Below, in pieces: positions 62,401 to 64,000 of a stretch of 64,000 nucleotides of DNA. The notes beneath the pieces were generated by a model. It saw only the letters and a program-made list of their open reading frames with translations, searched no databases and was not told the origin of the DNA. How positions within the stretch are numbered: position 1 is the first letter of the stretch; each line of letters starts with the position of its first letter. The position numbers and the translations under genes were made by a program. This stretch comes from Eutreptiella sp. 'Long Island Sound 2002' (Eukaryota > Protista > Euglenida). The DNA lies in NCBI GenBank assembly GCA_964036045.1, contig OZ038378.1, positions 174,964,001 through 175,028,000 on the forward strand. Reading direction: 5' to 3'.

Positions 62401-62484
62401 CACCCGCTCAGTTGCAAGCTTGGTCCTTTGAGAGGGCACTGCTTTCTTGCCCTCTTTGTTCGGGGATGGCTTTTTCCTAGGACC
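53488..62484 (-). CDS. Multi-exon EF-hand (calmodulin-like, two lobes) protein with a Ser/Pro-rich tail; exons 62484-62338, 62068-61955, 59492-59361, 58835-58774, 55128-54919, 53992-53488; 5' and 3' ends unresolved
   Basis: All five junctions are GT-AG and phase-compatible (0,0,0,2,2). The spliced product reads ...WEKLEIAQDEYDQLAMLFFTFDQGEGKLSKAELQRLCKYMNYPYGESTLDSVFHSAKVDPCKALSLEQFVNHILQQRHRPTADYGLSGEEYEAIVKKFQELDDDCTGELDRNCIKQLCDNLEIAYDASSMPDGKTSLTIHEFLMWCRQH...SDARSDAGSSYSVDSDVRSV... Confidence 0.8.
56800..57780. mobile_element. Probable non-autonomous interspersed repeat inside an intron, bracketed by telomere-like tracts
   Basis: Non-coding. Contains (AAGCAGCAAGC)n at 56843-56878 and (TTTTGAGCCCA)n at ~57710-57735. 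GGGTTA tracts lie at 56751-56766 and 57921-57994. Confidence 0.45.
57921..57994 (+). repeat. Interstitial telomere-like repeat (TTAGGG and variants)
   Basis: TTAGGGTTAGGGTTAGGGGTTAGGGGTTACGGGTTAGGGG... Shorter tracts at 50809, 56751 and 61617. Confidence 0.9.
61263..61860. repeat. G-run-rich intronic insert bounded by direct repeats
   Basis: CAACTAACTGTTGGCCGRAGGCCCC followed by poly-G at ~61263 and ~61813. Dense G4-like runs at 61290-61490. Confidence 0.6.
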
Positions 62485-64000
62485 CTGTGGAGAGCATAGA
62501 GGGATACAACGGCGACATGGAGGCATCCTTACATACCTGTGGAGGTGCACTTCAAGGAGGATCAACGTTTCATTCATGTGGCTCACTTTCATTCATGTGG
62601 CGTACAATGCGGGTGTACAGTTGTGCTCCTTTCAAACATTGCAAGCTAAAAGTAGGATCCTTGCGGGGTCAGGTCACCGTACGTCATGTCATGTCAGGTT
62701 GGCAAAGAATGGGTACTCTTACTTCCTGCAGTGTGTGTTTCTTCTATTCAAATGGGTGCCAAGTGCAAGCCTGAGAGTCCAGAAGCAATTGCACGCAAAC
62801 GGCAAAAACAAAAGCAAAAGCAAAAACATCTGGCAGCACAACATGGTCCATCCAACAGGAGGTTGACGGTGGAGGAGAATAGGGTAGGAATGGTAATGGT
62901 TGAAGCAAAGTAGCCAAAGCTCCACGAGCATCGTGGGAAACCATGTCCTGAGTTGCTGAAGCTGCTCAAGCACTTCCATTGAGCCCATACAATTGGCTAC
63001 TGCCCTATGAAACCTTGTTGGTGAAGAACATGCCAGGTGGTGGTAAGATCCCAAACCTTCACCACGCACATGTAGAGAGACATGAGCTTCCTTTTGCAAG
63101 TGTGACCACTGAGGAAGTGGATTAAATGATGTAAATCCAGTTGTAGTTGTGTTGCAGCCACTGGTTTGCATGCTGTCATCTACACACCAAAAACACGATA
63201 CTATGCACATCGCACATTCTGCAGTGCATTGCACACATTTGCTGTGGCGGTGCACTTCAGACATTGATCCATGTGAATCCGAAATCATGCTCAATGTTGC
63301 ATGAGTTGTACGAGCAGCATGTTGGTGGGACACATCTCTGATTGCGTAACGTCATGGACTGACGGCATAGTTCTGCTAGACCCCCCCCCCCCCAAGTTGC
63401 ATGCGGGCCGCAGAGTTTGGCGCTGACGAGGCACGCGGGGGGATTTGGCGCTCATAAGGCGCGCGGGGCACACGGGCATGGCGGTCTATAGTCTGTAGAC
63501 ACTATCTACCACAAGTAGACACAATCTGCCAATTGTAGACACTGTCGGCATGTTATAGACAGGAAGAGACAACAGTTGGGAAGGGGGCCTCCATCTCCAA
63601 AACACGGTCCACCAATGTCGTTTACCCGTGCACATGAGCATGTATCTAGAGGGGGCGAAGACAGCGAGGAAGGTGCACAGGGCCAAGGGGGGGTTGGCGC
63701 ATTTTGGTGGGATTGGCGCAAAGGGGGGGGGGGGGGGGCTAGGTTGGCGCTAGGCACACACCCAGCTTGATTTGCACCTTATGTAAGGAGATGCACAAAT
63801 CTGGCGAAACACTTAGTGATGGAGAAATAGAAATAAGCCGAGGAATTCAGCGCCAAAATATCGGTGAAGAATGTAATTGGACTAACAAGGCCGGGCGGCA
63901 TGTTGGGTCAAATGAGACTTCGACGTCGAGTGCTGCACCTTCTTCTTCATTGGAGTGCTACCAATAGCACCAAACCAATAAAACACCACCAATTAGCTGT

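Noticed and set aside
63620-63645. Possible 20 nt micro-exon upstream of the EF-hand gene
   Set aside because: AG and GT flanks exist, but there is no protein-level support.

Overview
Repeat-dense eukaryotic nuclear DNA with GT-AG introns, (TTAGGG)n tracts and many poly-G/poly-C runs. There are no prokaryotic operons and no CRISPR array. A euglenozoan (euglenid-like) source is my inference, from gag-YR-RT/RH tyrosine-recombinase retroelements and GTGTGC splice donors. Two host genes can be assembled on the minus strand. One is a 2-exon TLC-domain membrane protein gene (17184-16081). The other is a multi-exon EF-hand protein gene with a Ser/Pro-rich tail, with six exons traced over 62484-53488. 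The most striking structure is 17.3-28.3 kb. It reconstructs as one YR retrotransposon (E2) nested inside the RNase H of another (E1). A ~7.8 kb inversion at a TGGGCC microhomology then scrambled the pair. The block has split direct repeats at its ends and is flanked by a ~387 bp duplication of the 3' end of an adjacent APE-RT-zinc finger-RNase H LINE. The rest of the window is LINE remnants, MITE-like and SINE-like insertions, a 171 bp tandem array, minisatellites and interstitial telomere-like repeats. All coordinates and alignments were worked out by eye.
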